Assembly (NCBI GenBank): GCA_964463855.1
Contig: CAYXEC010000003.1
Coordinates: 6,452 to 70,451 of the forward strand
Origin: an uncultured Verrucomicrobiales bacterium
GTDB lineage: Bacteria; Verrucomicrobiota; Verrucomicrobiia; Verrucomicrobiales; Akkermansiaceae
Length of the DNA: 64,000 nucleotides
Direction of reading: 5' to 3'
Part shown: in pieces, positions 45,040-55,148 of the stretch
Layout of the letters: every line of letters begins with the position of its first letter
How positions within the stretch are numbered: the first letter of the stretch is position 1
Position numbers and translations under genes: made by a program
The notes under the pieces: model-generated
Databases searched by the model: none
Told to the model about the DNA's origin: nothing
Seen by the model: the letters and a program-made list of their open reading frames with translations, nothing else

Positions 45040-46159
45040 TCAGTTGTCGCGGGTTCTGCCCTTGAGCATGGCTTCGATAAACGGATCCAGATCGCCGTCC
45101 ATGACGGCTGAGATATTGCCAGTTTCCTCTCCCGTACGCAAGTCCTTGACCATTTGATAGGGTTGGAAAACGTATGAGCGGATCTGGCTGCCCCAGCCTA
45201 TTTCTCCCTTGGCGGAATACTCCCGGTCAGCCTCGGCGCGTTGTTTGTCCTCCTCGATCTGATAAAGCTTGGCTCGCAACAATGACCAGGCGTTTTCACG
45301 ATTTCGCAGCTGGCTGCGCTCCTGGGTTGAGCGGATGATAATACCGGTGGGCTTGTGTTTGAGGATCACAGCAGTCTCGACCTTGTTGACATTCTGGCCG
45401 CCGGCACCACCGGAGCGAGCCGTGGTGATTTCCACATCAGATTCAGGAATCTCGATATTGATATCCTTGGATATTTCAGGAGTGACATCAATGGCTGAAA
45501 AAGAGGTGTGTCGCTTGCCGGCAGCATCGAAAGGGGAGATGCGTACAAGGCGGTGAACACCACGCTCGTTTTTGAGATATCCATAGGCATAGGCGCCGTC
45601 GATTTTGAGAGAGGCGGTGCGGCAGCCCGCGCCATCGCCGTCCTGGTAGTCCAGGTTGGTGACAGTGAAGCCCTTGGCTTCTGCCCAGCGGGTATACATG
45701 CGAAGCAGCATTTCCGCCCAGTCACAGGCTTCGGTGCCGCCCGCGCCGGCCTGGATAGTCAGGTAGGCATTGGCACCATCGGTGGGCTTGTCGAGAAGAG
45801 TGATGAGTTCGAATTTATCCAACTCCCTGATGATGGATTTAAACTCATCATTTGCTTCGCGGGCAAACTCAATGTCATCCGCCTCTTTTGCCAGTTCGAT
45901 GACTTCGCCAAGGTTCCCGGAGCGCTCCTCGAGTGCCAGGAAAGGCTTGAGCCGGCCTTTGAGCAGGTTCGCCTCAGCAACGATACTTTGGGCCTTGTCA
46001 GGATCACTCCAGAAATCCGTATCGGCCATTTTGGAGTCAAACTCAGCGAGATTGTTTTCAAGTGCCGGAACGTCAAAGATACCTCCTGAGTTCGGACAGC
46101 CGGCTTTTCAGGGCCCCGGTATCCAGCGCCAGGAGGTCAGCGATATTTTGTTCACTCAT
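45040..46159 (-). CDS. prfB: peptide chain release factor 2 (requires programmed +1 frameshift)
   Basis: ORF0 runs from ATG 46159 as [28 protein letters not shown] to TGA 46075-46073. The +1 frame then continues [22 protein letters not shown]... to the stop at 45040. The SPF and GGQ ([11 protein letters not shown]) motifs are present. Confidence 0.93.
46072..46087 (-). promoter_or_regulatory. RF2 +1 frameshift site
   Basis: AGGAGG UAU CUU UGA C: an internal Shine-Dalgarno-like sequence with the slippery CUU-U before UGA-C, essentially the E. coli prfB motif. Confidence 0.9.
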
Positions 46160-46285
46160 CTGTGGGCGATTCATAGCCGTTGATTTGCAAGATTCAAACC
46201 CCAAATGGCAAAAAGGAGGGGAGATTAAGGATGGAACAATTTATTGTTTTGCATGCACCCCTGTGAATCGAGCATCATTTGGTAG

Positions 46286-46819
46286 ATGGAAAAGTCAGAG
46301 GGAACCATTATTCGTCTCACCAAGCTTACAGAGACGAGCTTGATCGTGCACTGGTGCACCATGGATCATGGGCTCATCAAGACTGTTGCCAAGGGTGGGC
46401 GCCGTGCCAAGGGACCGCTCGCTGGAAAACTGGATTTGTTTTTTGCGGCTGATTTTAACTGGATCAGGAGCCGCAAGGGGGAGCTGCATACCTTGAGCGA
46501 GGTGGCGGTCATCGACTATCGGGAAAATCTGAGGAAAAAGTACAAGGATACGCTGGTGGCATCCTATTTTGTTGAGCTTCTAGCCCATGTGGCTGAGCCA
46601 GACCACCCCATTCCAGAGTTGTATGACCTGCTCCACAGGGGGCTGGGTTATCTGGCTGAGCATGGTGCCGATCACCGCGGAGTCGTGCATTATGAGCACG
46701 AACTCGCACGCTTGCTGGGAGTCGCCCATGATCGTTCGAGTGCCGCCATGGCCCTGGAGTCGGCTTTTGGCAGCTTGCCCAAATCACGCATTGCCTGCAT
46801 GGATATGCTTGGTAGTTAA
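46286..46819 (+). CDS. recO: DNA repair protein RecO (short form)
   Basis: 177 aa with an N-terminal OB-fold pattern (EGTIIRLTKLTETSLIVHWCT...GLIKTVAKGGRR) and a helical C-terminal part. Confidence 0.75.
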   Translation: MEKSEGTIIRLTKLTETSLIVHWCTMDHGLIKTVAKGGRRAKGPLAGKLDLFFAADFNWIRSRKGELHTLSEVAVIDYRENLRKKYKDTLVASYFVELLAHVAEPDHPIPELYDLLHRGLGYLAEHGADHRGVVHYEHELARLLGVAHDRSSAAMALESAFGSLPKSRIACMDMLGS

Positions 46820-46906
46820 AAGTTGGGTTAATTTAGGTCTGGTAATGGGCGTTTACATAGTGTTTACTTTGCTTAATTAGTTCAAGCACCCCTACTACTG
46901 TAACGA

Positions 46907-47800
46907 ATGGAATCCGGAACAGCGAATCTCTTGCACATGCTCCATGACCGCGTCAAGCAACTGTGCAAGGCCGGACGATGGGAAGAGGCCAGAAACACCG
47001 CAAGCGCTGCTGTGGAAAAGTCCCGTGCGCTCTATGAGGACGACCCTGAGTCTCTTGTCGAGCTCTCCCTTTCACTTGAGTTGCAAGGTGATTTTTATCG
47101 CCTCTATGGCAACCTCGAGGAAGCCAGAAAGTCCTACTTCGAGGCACTGGAGCTGCTGGAGAACAGCCCATCTCACACTGAGGCGTTGGCCCGTATCAGT
47201 GCAAGTGTCGCTGTGGTTTATGAGACAGACCGCAACACCGATGAGGCTATTACTTTCTATGAGCGAAGTATCGAGTTGTTCGAGCGTATGGATCCGCCCT
47301 CGGTCATTGACATAGCGAGCCTGTGCAACAACCTGGCCTACATCTACAAGAGCTGTGGGGAGTTCGAGACCGCTGAGAACTTATATCTCAAGGCGCTGGA
47401 AATATACAACGAGAACCTCGGTTCGGAGGATGAGGAAACCGCAGCGATATGTAACAACATCGGAGCGCTCTATTTGGCCGCAGGCTGTTATGATCAGGCC
47501 CGTGAGATGTTTGTCATGGCGCTGGATGCGCGTCGCAAAGTATTCGGTGAGAGACATCTCGAGACGGCACAGGCGTATGCCAATCTGGCCGTGGCCCTCA
47601 GTCACACTGGGGAGGAGAGTTGGGCCAAGGAAAATTACCAAAGCTCATTGAAAATCTACGAGGACATGGTCAGGGAAGCTCCGATGGATTTTGCAACGGT
47701 GTCGGCCAATTTTGCCGAGTTTCTTCGTTCCCAGGATGATGAAAAGGCAGCCCACTCCGTTGAGAAGCGGGCAAGTAAAATGCTCAAGAGAGTGCATTGA
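46907..47800 (+). CDS. tetratricopeptide-repeat protein (TPR_12/kinesin-light-chain-like repeats)
   Basis: 297 aa. Repeated units of about 42 aa of the form ...A.....LA.VY...G.Y.EA...Y..AL.I. Confidence 0.75.
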   Translation: MESGTANLLHMLHDRVKQLCKAGRWEEARNTASAAVEKSRALYEDDPESLVELSLSLELQGDFYRLYGNLEEARKSYFEALELLENSPSHTEALARISASVAVVYETDRNTDEAITFYERSIELFERMDPPSVIDIASLCNNLAYIYKSCGEFETAENLYLKALEIYNENLGSEDEETAAICNNIGALYLAAGCYDQAREMFVMALDARRKVFGERHLETAQAYANLAVALSHTGEESWAKENYQSSLKIYEDMVREAPMDFATVSANFAEFLRSQDDEKAAHSVEKRASKMLKRVH

Positions 47801-47830
47801 TTTCCCTGCGTGTTAAGCGCATGGGTGATT

Positions 47831-49174
47831 CTATCGGGCCATGAGTGCCTCGATTTCCTCGGCTTCGATGGGGATGTTGGCCATCAGGTTGACATTTTTC
47901 TCTGGCCCGATGACAACGTTGTTTTCCAAGCGCACACCTAATTTTTCCTCAGGTATGTAAATGCCGGGCTCAATGGTGAGCACCATGCCCACGGCATAAG
48001 GTTCATTGGCAGGGCAGACATCATGCACATCGAGTCCCAAATGATGTGATGTGCTGTGCATGAAATATTTTTTCACCAGCGCTTTGCTTGCATCCTGTTT
48101 TGCTGCCTCTTTTTGGTCGATGAGTCCAAGTGCAATGAGCTCCGCCTCCACGAAGCCAATGGCCTGTGCCTGGTAATCCTTGGGCGTGAGTCCGGGACGC
48201 AAAATAGCATTGCATTGCTTGAGCACGCGGAGGACGGCATCATAGACATCTCTTTGTCTTTGGGTGAATTTTCCATTGATGGGAACCGTGCGCGTCATGT
48301 CCGAGTTCCAGTTGCCATATTCTGCAGCCACATCCATCAGGAGTAGTTCGCCATCCTGACATCGCTGGTTGTTTTTGGTGTAGTGGAGAACACAGGTGTT
48401 TTTGCCGCTGGCAATGATGGGGGTGTAGGCAAAGCCCTTGGATTGATGTCTGGTAAATTCATGAATGAACTCAGCCTCGATTTCCCACTCGCCAACCCCG
48501 GGTTTGATGAAGCCTAGTGCGCGCCGGAAACCTGCCTCGGTAATATCACATGCCTTTTGCATCATGCGTATTTCCTCCTGATGCTTGATGATCCTGAGCT
48601 GGTGCATCAGAGGTGCCAAACGCTCGTATTTATGAAGCGGGTAGAGCTCCTGGCATTTTTTAAGCAAGCGCACGTCGCGGGTTTCCACCGAGACATCAGC
48701 CCGGGGGTGTTCGTTGGCATTGAGATAGATGCGGTCGGCCTGCTGGACAAGACGGCTCATGGTAGCGTCAAAATGGCTGCTCCATTGAACATTCGAAATA
48801 CCTGACAATTCCGTCGCCATCTGCTTGGAGAGTTTTTCGCCCTCCCATATGGCTACTTGCTCGTCGGTTTCCCTGATGAAGAGGATTTCACGGTCTTTTT
48901 CCTCATCTGCGTCCGGAAAAAGAAGCAGGACGCTCTCCTCCTGATCAATACCGGAGAGGTAATACAGATCGGAGTTTTGCTGCCATGGTAGAGTGCCGTC
49001 TGCGTTGCTTGGCATCAGGTCGTTGGAGTCGAAGACGGCAATGCTGTCATGCTTGAGCATCGCCGACAACCTGGATCGATTGTGGATGAAGAGCTCTGAG
49101 TCGGCAGGTTTGTATCTCATGCTATTGGTATCGGTGAGCACGTGGTTCTCAAGCTGGATGCTTGGGTTGCACAT
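47831..49174 (-). CDS. Xaa-Pro aminopeptidase (M24B)
   Basis: An N-terminal creatinase-like domain and a C-terminal pita-bread fold with DVAAEYGNWNSDMTRT, HSTSHHLGLDVHD and EPGIY...GVRLEN. The real start is probably Met 49120. Confidence 0.88.
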   Translation of the reverse strand: MCNPSIQLENHVLTDTNSMRYKPADSELFIHNRSRLSAMLKHDSIAVFDSNDLMPSNADGTLPWQQNSDLYYLSGIDQEESVLLLFPDADEEKDREILFIRETDEQVAIWEGEKLSKQMATELSGISNVQWSSHFDATMSRLVQQADRIYLNANEHPRADVSVETRDVRLLKKCQELYPLHKYERLAPLMHQLRIIKHQEEIRMMQKACDITEAGFRRALGFIKPGVGEWEIEAEFIHEFTRHQSKGFAYTPIIASGKNTCVLHYTKNNQRCQDGELLLMDVAAEYGNWNSDMTRTVPINGKFTQRQRDVYDAVLRVLKQCNAILRPGLTPKDYQAQAIGFVEAELIALGLIDQKEAAKQDASKALVKKYFMHSTSHHLGLDVHDVCPANEPYAVGMVLTIEPGIYIPEEKLGVRLENNVVIGPEKNVNLMANIPIEAEEIEALMAR

Positions 49175-49180
49175 CCGGAT

Positions 49181-50035
49181 TTAATCACAACCCCAGCCTA
49201 GTTTTTGACGCAGCGTGGAGTAGAAATTGCGTCCATCGAGCCGCAGAAGGGGAAGGGCGTGCCCTGCTTGCTCCACCTGAACACGATCACCCTGATGGAT
49301 GGCCATGACATCGCGACCATCCACCGTCAAAAACATCGGGCACTCAGCATCTGCAGCTGGTGCAAGCTCGACGACTGAATTATCGGATACGACCAGTGAA
49401 CGATTACTCAGCGAGTGCGGACAGATCGGCGTGATCACGAAAACCTCAGCCTTGGGTGCAATGAGTGGACCACCGGCAGAGAGCGAGTAGGCAGTTGATC
49501 CGGTGGTAGTGGCGACAATCAGGCCGTCCGCCCGGTAGTGGTTGAGTAACTCACCGTCGACCCAGGCATCCACTTCGACAAGGCGCCCGGTCTGGCCTCT
49601 GGCCAAAGTTACCTCATTGAGCGCTCTGAAACTTTTTTTCTCCCCATTGGCCGATGTGATGGTGGCACGCAATTGCATGCGCTTGATCAGGGTGTAATTT
49701 TTATCCGCGACTGCTTTGGCAAAGATATCGAGCTCGCGATCCGTGCATGTGGTAAGAAAGCCAAGTGTGCCCACATTGATCCCAGCCACGGGTATATCAG
49801 CGGGCCCCAGTTGGTTGGCAGCATTGAGCATGGTGCCATCACCGCCCAGTACCGCGACGAGATCACAGGTGCTGGCCAGAGCGGAGGCTTCCACACCATT
49901 TTCAGCATTGATGAGCCTTGCGGTCTCCGCCTCCAAAACCGGGGTGAGTTTTTCACGCTCCAGTGACTCACAGAGTTTTTCGATAATCTGGTTTACCCCG
50001 TTTTTATTCGGGTTTGCAAGGATGCCTACTTTCAC
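49181..50035 (-). CDS. nadK: NAD+ kinase
   Basis: 284 aa with the GGDGTML motif and TGSTAYSLSAGGP. Confidence 0.92.
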   Translation of the reverse strand: MKVGILANPNKNGVNQIIEKLCESLEREKLTPVLEAETARLINAENGVEASALASTCDLVAVLGGDGTMLNAANQLGPADIPVAGINVGTLGFLTTCTDRELDIFAKAVADKNYTLIKRMQLRATITSANGEKKSFRALNEVTLARGQTGRLVEVDAWVDGELLNHYRADGLIVATTTGSTAYSLSAGGPLIAPKAEVFVITPICPHSLSNRSLVVSDNSVVELAPAADAECPMFLTVDGRDVMAIHQGDRVQVEQAGHALPLLRLDGRNFYSTLRQKLGWGCD

Positions 50036-50144
50036 GGGCTGAGATTAGAATGTTTTTGAGCAAAGATACAGAGCAAATCCAGATCAACGGCTTCTGTGCA
50101 AGGAGTCCCTTGTAATCATTTGGTAACTGTGATATTCAAAATGC

Positions 50145-50717
50145 ATGAAGATTTTGAGGTTCAATTGTCAATCCCATCCCTTTGTTGTGCGTTACTTGGT
50201 GGTCCTTTTGAGTGTGGCTGCGGTTTTTTCCATGACATCATGCGACAAGGTCAGCGAGCTGGCAGGTAAATTGAAGGGTGTGGCGGAAGCCAGTCACACC
50301 ACGGTCGATGAGATGAATCAGGAACAAGCCAAGGCCGTGATCGCCGGCGAGTCAAAATTAGTGATGGTGGAATTTTACACCGATACATGAGGCCCGTGCA
50401 AAAAAATTGCTCCCGTGTTGGAGCGATTGGCGAAGTCAAACCCGAAAAAAGTCCGCATTGTCAAAGTGAATGCAAACCAAAACCGTGAGTGGGCTGCACA
50501 GCAGGGAATTCGTGCTGTGCCAACCATACAGTTTTACCGCAAGGGAGCAAAAGTGCATGAATTTTCAGGAAGCTACCCGGAGCATGTCATTCAGCAGCAG
50601 ATTGACCAGCATTCTCAATCCTGGGGAGCGCAAAAGGATGAAGACGGTAATCCCGTGCAGCCGGCTATCCAGCCCATGCCCAAGAAGTGGCTGCCTCCGG
50701 GGGTCACCGAGGAGTGA
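50145..50717 (+). CDS. exported (lipoprotein-type) thioredoxin with in-frame TGA in the active site (UGPC); probable selenoprotein
   Basis: Track ORFs 50145-50390 and 50415-50717 share one frame and are joined across TGA 50388-50390: ...SKLVMVEFYTDT-[TGA]-GPCKKIAPVLERLAKSNPKKVRIVKVNANQNREWAAQQGIRAVPTIQFYRKGAKVHEFSG. This is a complete Trx fold with the TGA at the first Cys of W/T-C-G-P-C. The N-terminus is LVVLLSVAAVFSMTSC (signal/lipobox-like). Confidence 0.75.
50405..50428 (+). promoter_or_regulatory. candidate bacterial SECIS hairpin
   Basis: AAUUGCUCC-CGUGUU-GGAGCGAUU: a 9-bp stem (one G-U pair) with a 6-nt loop containing GU. The stem begins 14 nt after the UGA. Confidence 0.6.
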
Positions 50718-50851
50718 CGCGGATCATGTCTTCGGGGGGGATCTCACTCCCCCTATTGCAGACGCTTGCTGCCACAAGCTTGGAGAACTACACGGTTGAC
50801 CCCGTGAGTCATAGTGTCTAGCTTCCGCGCCTCTAGAAGCCACGACACGCA

Positions 50852-53560
50852 ATGAGCGAGGAAGCAATAAATTACAAAGAAACCCTCAGCCTGCCTGAGA
50901 CCACCTTTCCCATGCGCGGGGATCTGGTCAAAAACGAGCCTGTGCGCCTTGAACGCTGGAATGATCAGAGTCTGTATCAACGCATTCAGAAGCGCCGCAA
51001 GGACCAAGCTGCTCCTCGTTTCATCCTCCATGATGGGCCGCCCTTTGCCAATGGGGACGTGCACATGGGCACTGCTCTCAACAAGGTTCTCAAGGACCTA
51101 GTCCTAAAATCCAAAACCATGGCGGGCTATGAGACCCCCTATATTCCGGGGTGGGATTGCCACGGGCTCCCCATCGAATACAAGGTGATGCAGGATGCCA
51201 GGGATGAGGAGCCCGCTGAGGTCCGCCGGCGTTGCTCGGAGTTTGCCCTTGGTTTCATTGACATCCAGAGAGAGAGCTTCCGCCGTTTGGGGGTTTTTGG
51301 TGACTGGGAGCACCCTTATCTGACCCTGGATCCGGTCTACGAGGCAGACATTATCAGGACTTTTGGCAAGCTTGTCGAAATGAATGCAGTCTACCAGAGC
51401 CGCAAGCCCGTGCTCTGGAGTTACGGCGCCGGCACGGCTCTCGCCGAGGCTGAGGTCGAGTACCTGGATAAGAAAAGCATGGCGGTCTATGTGCGTTTTC
51501 CGCTCAAGGGAGCTTCCGGCGATCTGGCTGATGCTGCCATGGTCATATGGACCACGACTCCCTGGACCTTGCCCGCCAACCTTGGTATTGCTGTTCATGA
51601 GCAGTTCAATTACGTTTGCGGCACCTTCACCCATGAGGATGGACGCAAGCTAAAGCTTATTGTCGTCAAGGACCTCATTGAGGACTTTGCTGCCAAAACC
51701 GGTTTTGTGTTGAGTGAAACCCACGCGGAATTCAAGGGGGCCGAGCTCGAGGGCATGGAGGCATCCCACCCCTTCCTTGCTCGGGAGGCAAAGATCATCC
51801 TGGCGAATTTTGTAACCACGGAGACAGGTACTGGAGCCGTGCACATTGCACCGGGACATGGTGCCGATGACTACGTGGCCGGGCAGCAAAATGACCTTGG
51901 TCTCCTCTCGCCGGTCGATGCCGACGGAAAATTCACTGCCGAATGTGGTTTGGATGAATTGGTTGGGCAGCACGTGTTCGAGACCAACAAGCGAATTACG
52001 GAAATTCTTGAGGGGGGAGGCAACCTGCTGGGCAGTGAGCTCTATGAGCACCAGTATCCACATTGTTGGAGATCAAAAACGCCCATCATCTTCCGCGCGG
52101 TGGAGCAATTCTTCATCTCGCTCAAGGATATCAGGGGCAAGGCGCTCGAGGAAATTGACAAAGTTGAGTGGCTGCCGAAATGGGGGCGTAATCGCATCTA
52201 TGGCACAGTCGAGTCCAGACCGGACTGGTGCATCTCTCGACAGCGCACCTGGGGGGTGCCCTTGCCTGTGTTTTTTGACAAGGACGGCAAGGCCATCATC
52301 AGCAAAGAGCTCATCGACAAAGTAGCCGATCTTGTCGAGCTGGAGGGGACCAATATTTGGTTCGAGCTTGATGATGCCGAGCTCGCATCAAGGCTTGGCT
52401 TGCCCGAAGATTCAAAGAAATGCCGGGACACACTTGATGTCTGGATTGACTCCGGCTCGAGCCATGTTGCGGTCATGGACAGACACCCCGAGCTTTCCGC
52501 ACCTGCAGATCTCTATTTGGAAGCCACAGACCAGCACCGTGGATGGTTCCAGAGCTCACTCATGCTCAGTGTGGCTGCGCGTGGGGCGGCACCCTACAAG
52601 GCGGTCATGACGCACGGATTTGTGGTGGATACCTCGGGTAAGAAAATATCCAAGTCAGGCAGCAAACCCATCAACGCGAAACATTACTATGATCAGTTCG
52701 GTGCCGACATTGTGCGCCTGTGGGCGGCATCGGTGGACTGGCAGACAGAGGTCCCATTCTCTGACAAACTCTTCAAGCAAGTGACGGATCCGTATCGACG
52801 TTTGCGCAACACCTTGCGCATCCTGCTCGGAAACATCCACGGCTTTGATGCCGCCACCCAGTCCGTTGCCAAGGAGGACATGACCTTGTTGGACCGATGG
52901 CTTCTGGAGCGTCTCAACGTAGTGATTGCAGCGTGTTGCAAGGCATACGAGGCGTATCAGTTCCGCAAAGTATTCAGTGAGATCAATCATTTTTGTGTCC
53001 ATGAGCTGAGTGCTCTCTACATCGATATCACCAAGGACCGGATGTATTGTGATCCCCTGGACTCGACACGACGTCTCGCAGCACAGACGGTCATGAGCCG
53101 CGTTTTTGATGCGGTTTGCCGCCTGGTGGCGCCCATTCTGGCTTTCACCGCTGATGAGGCATGGGAGCACGCTGGTCACGAGGGCAGCATTCATGAGCAG
53201 GATTTCCCATCCGTGGATCCTGAGTTCGAATCCTCTGAGGCTACCGGGCAAATCGAGGAGCTCCTTGAGCTGCGCGCTGTCATCCAGACAGCGATTGAAA
53301 AAGAAGTGCAGGCCAAAACCTTCAACAAGAACAACGAAGCCGACGTCACAGTGACCCTGCCGGAGGTTCACCCAAGCCGCGAGCTCTTGTCCGACAGGGA
53401 TTTTGTAACCGAGTTCTTCATTCTCGCTGATCTTCACTTGGAAACGGGAGGCGAAATTTCAGCTGCAGCCAAAGCTACGGAGCACGCCATGTGCCCACGT
53501 TGCCGTCGCTACGAGCCGCTCGTCACTGCGGTTTGCAAGCGATGCAGTAAGGTGGTCTAG
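50852..53560 (+). CDS. ileS: isoleucine--tRNA ligase
   Basis: 902 aa with a HIGH-type motif PFANGDVHMGTA, a CP1 editing domain, KMSKS-type KISKSGSK and a C-terminal Cys cluster CPRCRRY...CKRC. Confidence 0.96.
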   Translation: MSEEAINYKETLSLPETTFPMRGDLVKNEPVRLERWNDQSLYQRIQKRRKDQAAPRFILHDGPPFANGDVHMGTALNKVLKDLVLKSKTMAGYETPYIPGWDCHGLPIEYKVMQDARDEEPAEVRRRCSEFALGFIDIQRESFRRLGVFGDWEHPYLTLDPVYEADIIRTFGKLVEMNAVYQSRKPVLWSYGAGTALAEAEVEYLDKKSMAVYVRFPLKGASGDLADAAMVIWTTTPWTLPANLGIAVHEQFNYVCGTFTHEDGRKLKLIVVKDLIEDFAAKTGFVLSETHAEFKGAELEGMEASHPFLAREAKIILANFVTTETGTGAVHIAPGHGADDYVAGQQNDLGLLSPVDADGKFTAECGLDELVGQHVFETNKRITEILEGGGNLLGSELYEHQYPHCWRSKTPIIFRAVEQFFISLKDIRGKALEEIDKVEWLPKWGRNRIYGTVESRPDWCISRQRTWGVPLPVFFDKDGKAIISKELIDKVADLVELEGTNIWFELDDAELASRLGLPEDSKKCRDTLDVWIDSGSSHVAVMDRHPELSAPADLYLEATDQHRGWFQSSLMLSVAARGAAPYKAVMTHGFVVDTSGKKISKSGSKPINAKHYYDQFGADIVRLWAASVDWQTEVPFSDKLFKQVTDPYRRLRNTLRILLGNIHGFDAATQSVAKEDMTLLDRWLLERLNVVIAACCKAYEAYQFRKVFSEINHFCVHELSALYIDITKDRMYCDPLDSTRRLAAQTVMSRVFDAVCRLVAPILAFTADEAWEHAGHEGSIHEQDFPSVDPEFESSEATGQIEELLELRAVIQTAIEKEVQAKTFNKNNEADVTVTLPEVHPSRELLSDRDFVTEFFILADLHLETGGEISAAAKATEHAMCPRCRRYEPLVTAVCKRCSKVV

Positions 53561-53618
53561 ATGCCTGTAAATTCGAATCGGGATTGAAGTATTCCCGGTC
53601 ATGATTTAATCACATACG

Positions 53619-54269
53619 ATGCATGAGAAATTAACCAGGGCGACGATGGTGCGGCTTTTTCTATGCATCACTCTGCCGCTTTATGTCTTGGACCAGATTT
53701 CAAAGTGGTGGGTGGTGATGAGCTTCAAGGTGCCGTTTGTCATCCAGGATGGCCAAAAATATTGGGTTCAGGAAGACACCCGTCCCGTGATCGAAGGGTT
53801 CTTTAATTTGGTGCGACGCCATAACCAGGGGGTCGCCTTTGGCATTGGCAATGGCACGACTTGGGCACCGGTTGTATTTCTCTTCGTGCTGATCATCGCG
53901 CTTTGCCTGATTGGCTTTTTCTGGAGAAGGGGGGCTTTCATGGGGCCATCACGCTGGTCGGCCCCCTTGCTAATGGCCGGTATACTCGGCAACCTGACCG
54001 ACCGTCTCTTGCAGGGATTCTGGCTGGGTGCCTACAAGAATGCGGGTTTTTGGGAACGGCTGGGGCAAGGTTATGTGGTGGATTTTCTGGATTTCAAATT
54101 ACCGCTCTATGACAAGCTCGTGCCTTCGAGCGGTGGACACTGGCCGGCGTTCAATGTCGCCGACAGCTGTATTTCCATAGCCGCCGTACTGCTCTTCGTG
54201 ACAGCTGTCATTGAGATGAGGCATGAAATGGCAGAAAAGAAAGCCGCCAAGAATCATCCAGGCGGATAA
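53619..54269 (+). CDS. lspA: lipoprotein signal peptidase II
   Basis: Four transmembrane helices, NQGVAFG and VVDFLDF...WPAFNVADSCI motifs, and the conserved ileS-lspA order. Confidence 0.9.
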   Translation: MHEKLTRATMVRLFLCITLPLYVLDQISKWWVVMSFKVPFVIQDGQKYWVQEDTRPVIEGFFNLVRRHNQGVAFGIGNGTTWAPVVFLFVLIIALCLIGFFWRRGAFMGPSRWSAPLLMAGILGNLTDRLLQGFWLGAYKNAGFWERLGQGYVVDFLDFKLPLYDKLVPSSGGHWPAFNVADSCISIAAVLLFVTAVIEMRHEMAEKKAAKNHPGG

Positions 54270-54311
54270 ATCCGGTGATCCTTTCTTGATTCTCGAAACC
54301 GGTTTACTACG

Positions 54312-55148
54312 ATGCCCAATGTGAAGAGCGCGCCGGTATGCAGACAACTTTCGGGTTATGGGAAGTTGTGCCTCATGGCGCTCTTTATGATGTGGCCAGG
54401 CTTTGCCGTCCTGTCCCGGGCGCAAACGGGCAAGGAGCCTTCAAATCAGTTTCATGCGGCCTCGCCTCCGGAGAATTATTTATCGGACCAAGCCAATATA
54501 TTTCACGAGCACCCGGCTGCTTTGGAAGCGATTGTGGATAGCCTGACCAGATTGGACAATGACCATGCTTACCCGGTCTATCTTGTTCTCTATTACAACG
54601 TGCTCGATGCGAGTTTGCGGGAACGTGCTGATGAGCTTTACGAGAAGTGGATAGGCCAATCGGGGCGCGGAATGGTCATTGTTTACCAGCTGGATCCAGT
54701 TGTTTATGGCGATAATCCCGCGATGGCTTATCACAAAGGTGATGGTCTTGAGCTTCGATCAGAGGCTGGAGCCGTTCTCATCCCTGAGAGCGACATCGCT
54801 GCCATACTTGCCAGAATCCAGCCCGAGTTTCAGCGGAAAGCCAACATCCATAACGAGCTAAGCTCGTGGATCGTCGCTCTTGAGAGGGAAATCGACCACT
54901 ATCTGAATGTGAAACCTGCGAGCTGGAAAGATGCAGAGAATGTGATGCTAATTGCTGTTTTTGCGGGTTTTGTGATCACCATCCCACTGGTAGGTATTTT
55001 GATTCACCGCCTGTTGCTGGCCTCGAGCAACGAACTTGGGAAAACCTATTATTTCCCCGAGGTTCATGTGGCATACAGGCTCGGCGCTCCGTATGGTGGC
55101 GGCTGGACAAGCGAGAGGACCTTTACTCCATCTCAGTCACAGTCCTAG
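54312..55148 (+). CDS. membrane-anchored hypothetical protein, possibly TPM (YgcG-like) domain
   Basis: 278 aa. Signal/anchor, then a segment (LSDQANIF...YPVYLVLYYN...ADELYEKWIGQSGRGMVIVYQ) resembling TPM domains, one transmembrane helix and a short C-terminal tail. Confidence 0.45.
   Translation: MPNVKSAPVCRQLSGYGKLCLMALFMMWPGFAVLSRAQTGKEPSNQFHAASPPENYLSDQANIFHEHPAALEAIVDSLTRLDNDHAYPVYLVLYYNVLDASLRERADELYEKWIGQSGRGMVIVYQLDPVVYGDNPAMAYHKGDGLELRSEAGAVLIPESDIAAILARIQPEFQRKANIHNELSSWIVALEREIDHYLNVKPASWKDAENVMLIAVFAGFVITIPLVGILIHRLLLASSNELGKTYYFPEVHVAYRLGAPYGGGWTSERTFTPSQSQS

Noticed and set aside
50145-50717. Reading the thioredoxin locus as two small genes or a pseudogene
   Set aside because: The two ORFs are in the same frame. 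The stop is TGA exactly at the CGPC first-Cys position, and the downstream part alone lacks a start context and half the fold. A strong hairpin follows, so Sec decoding is the more economical explanation (still unproven).
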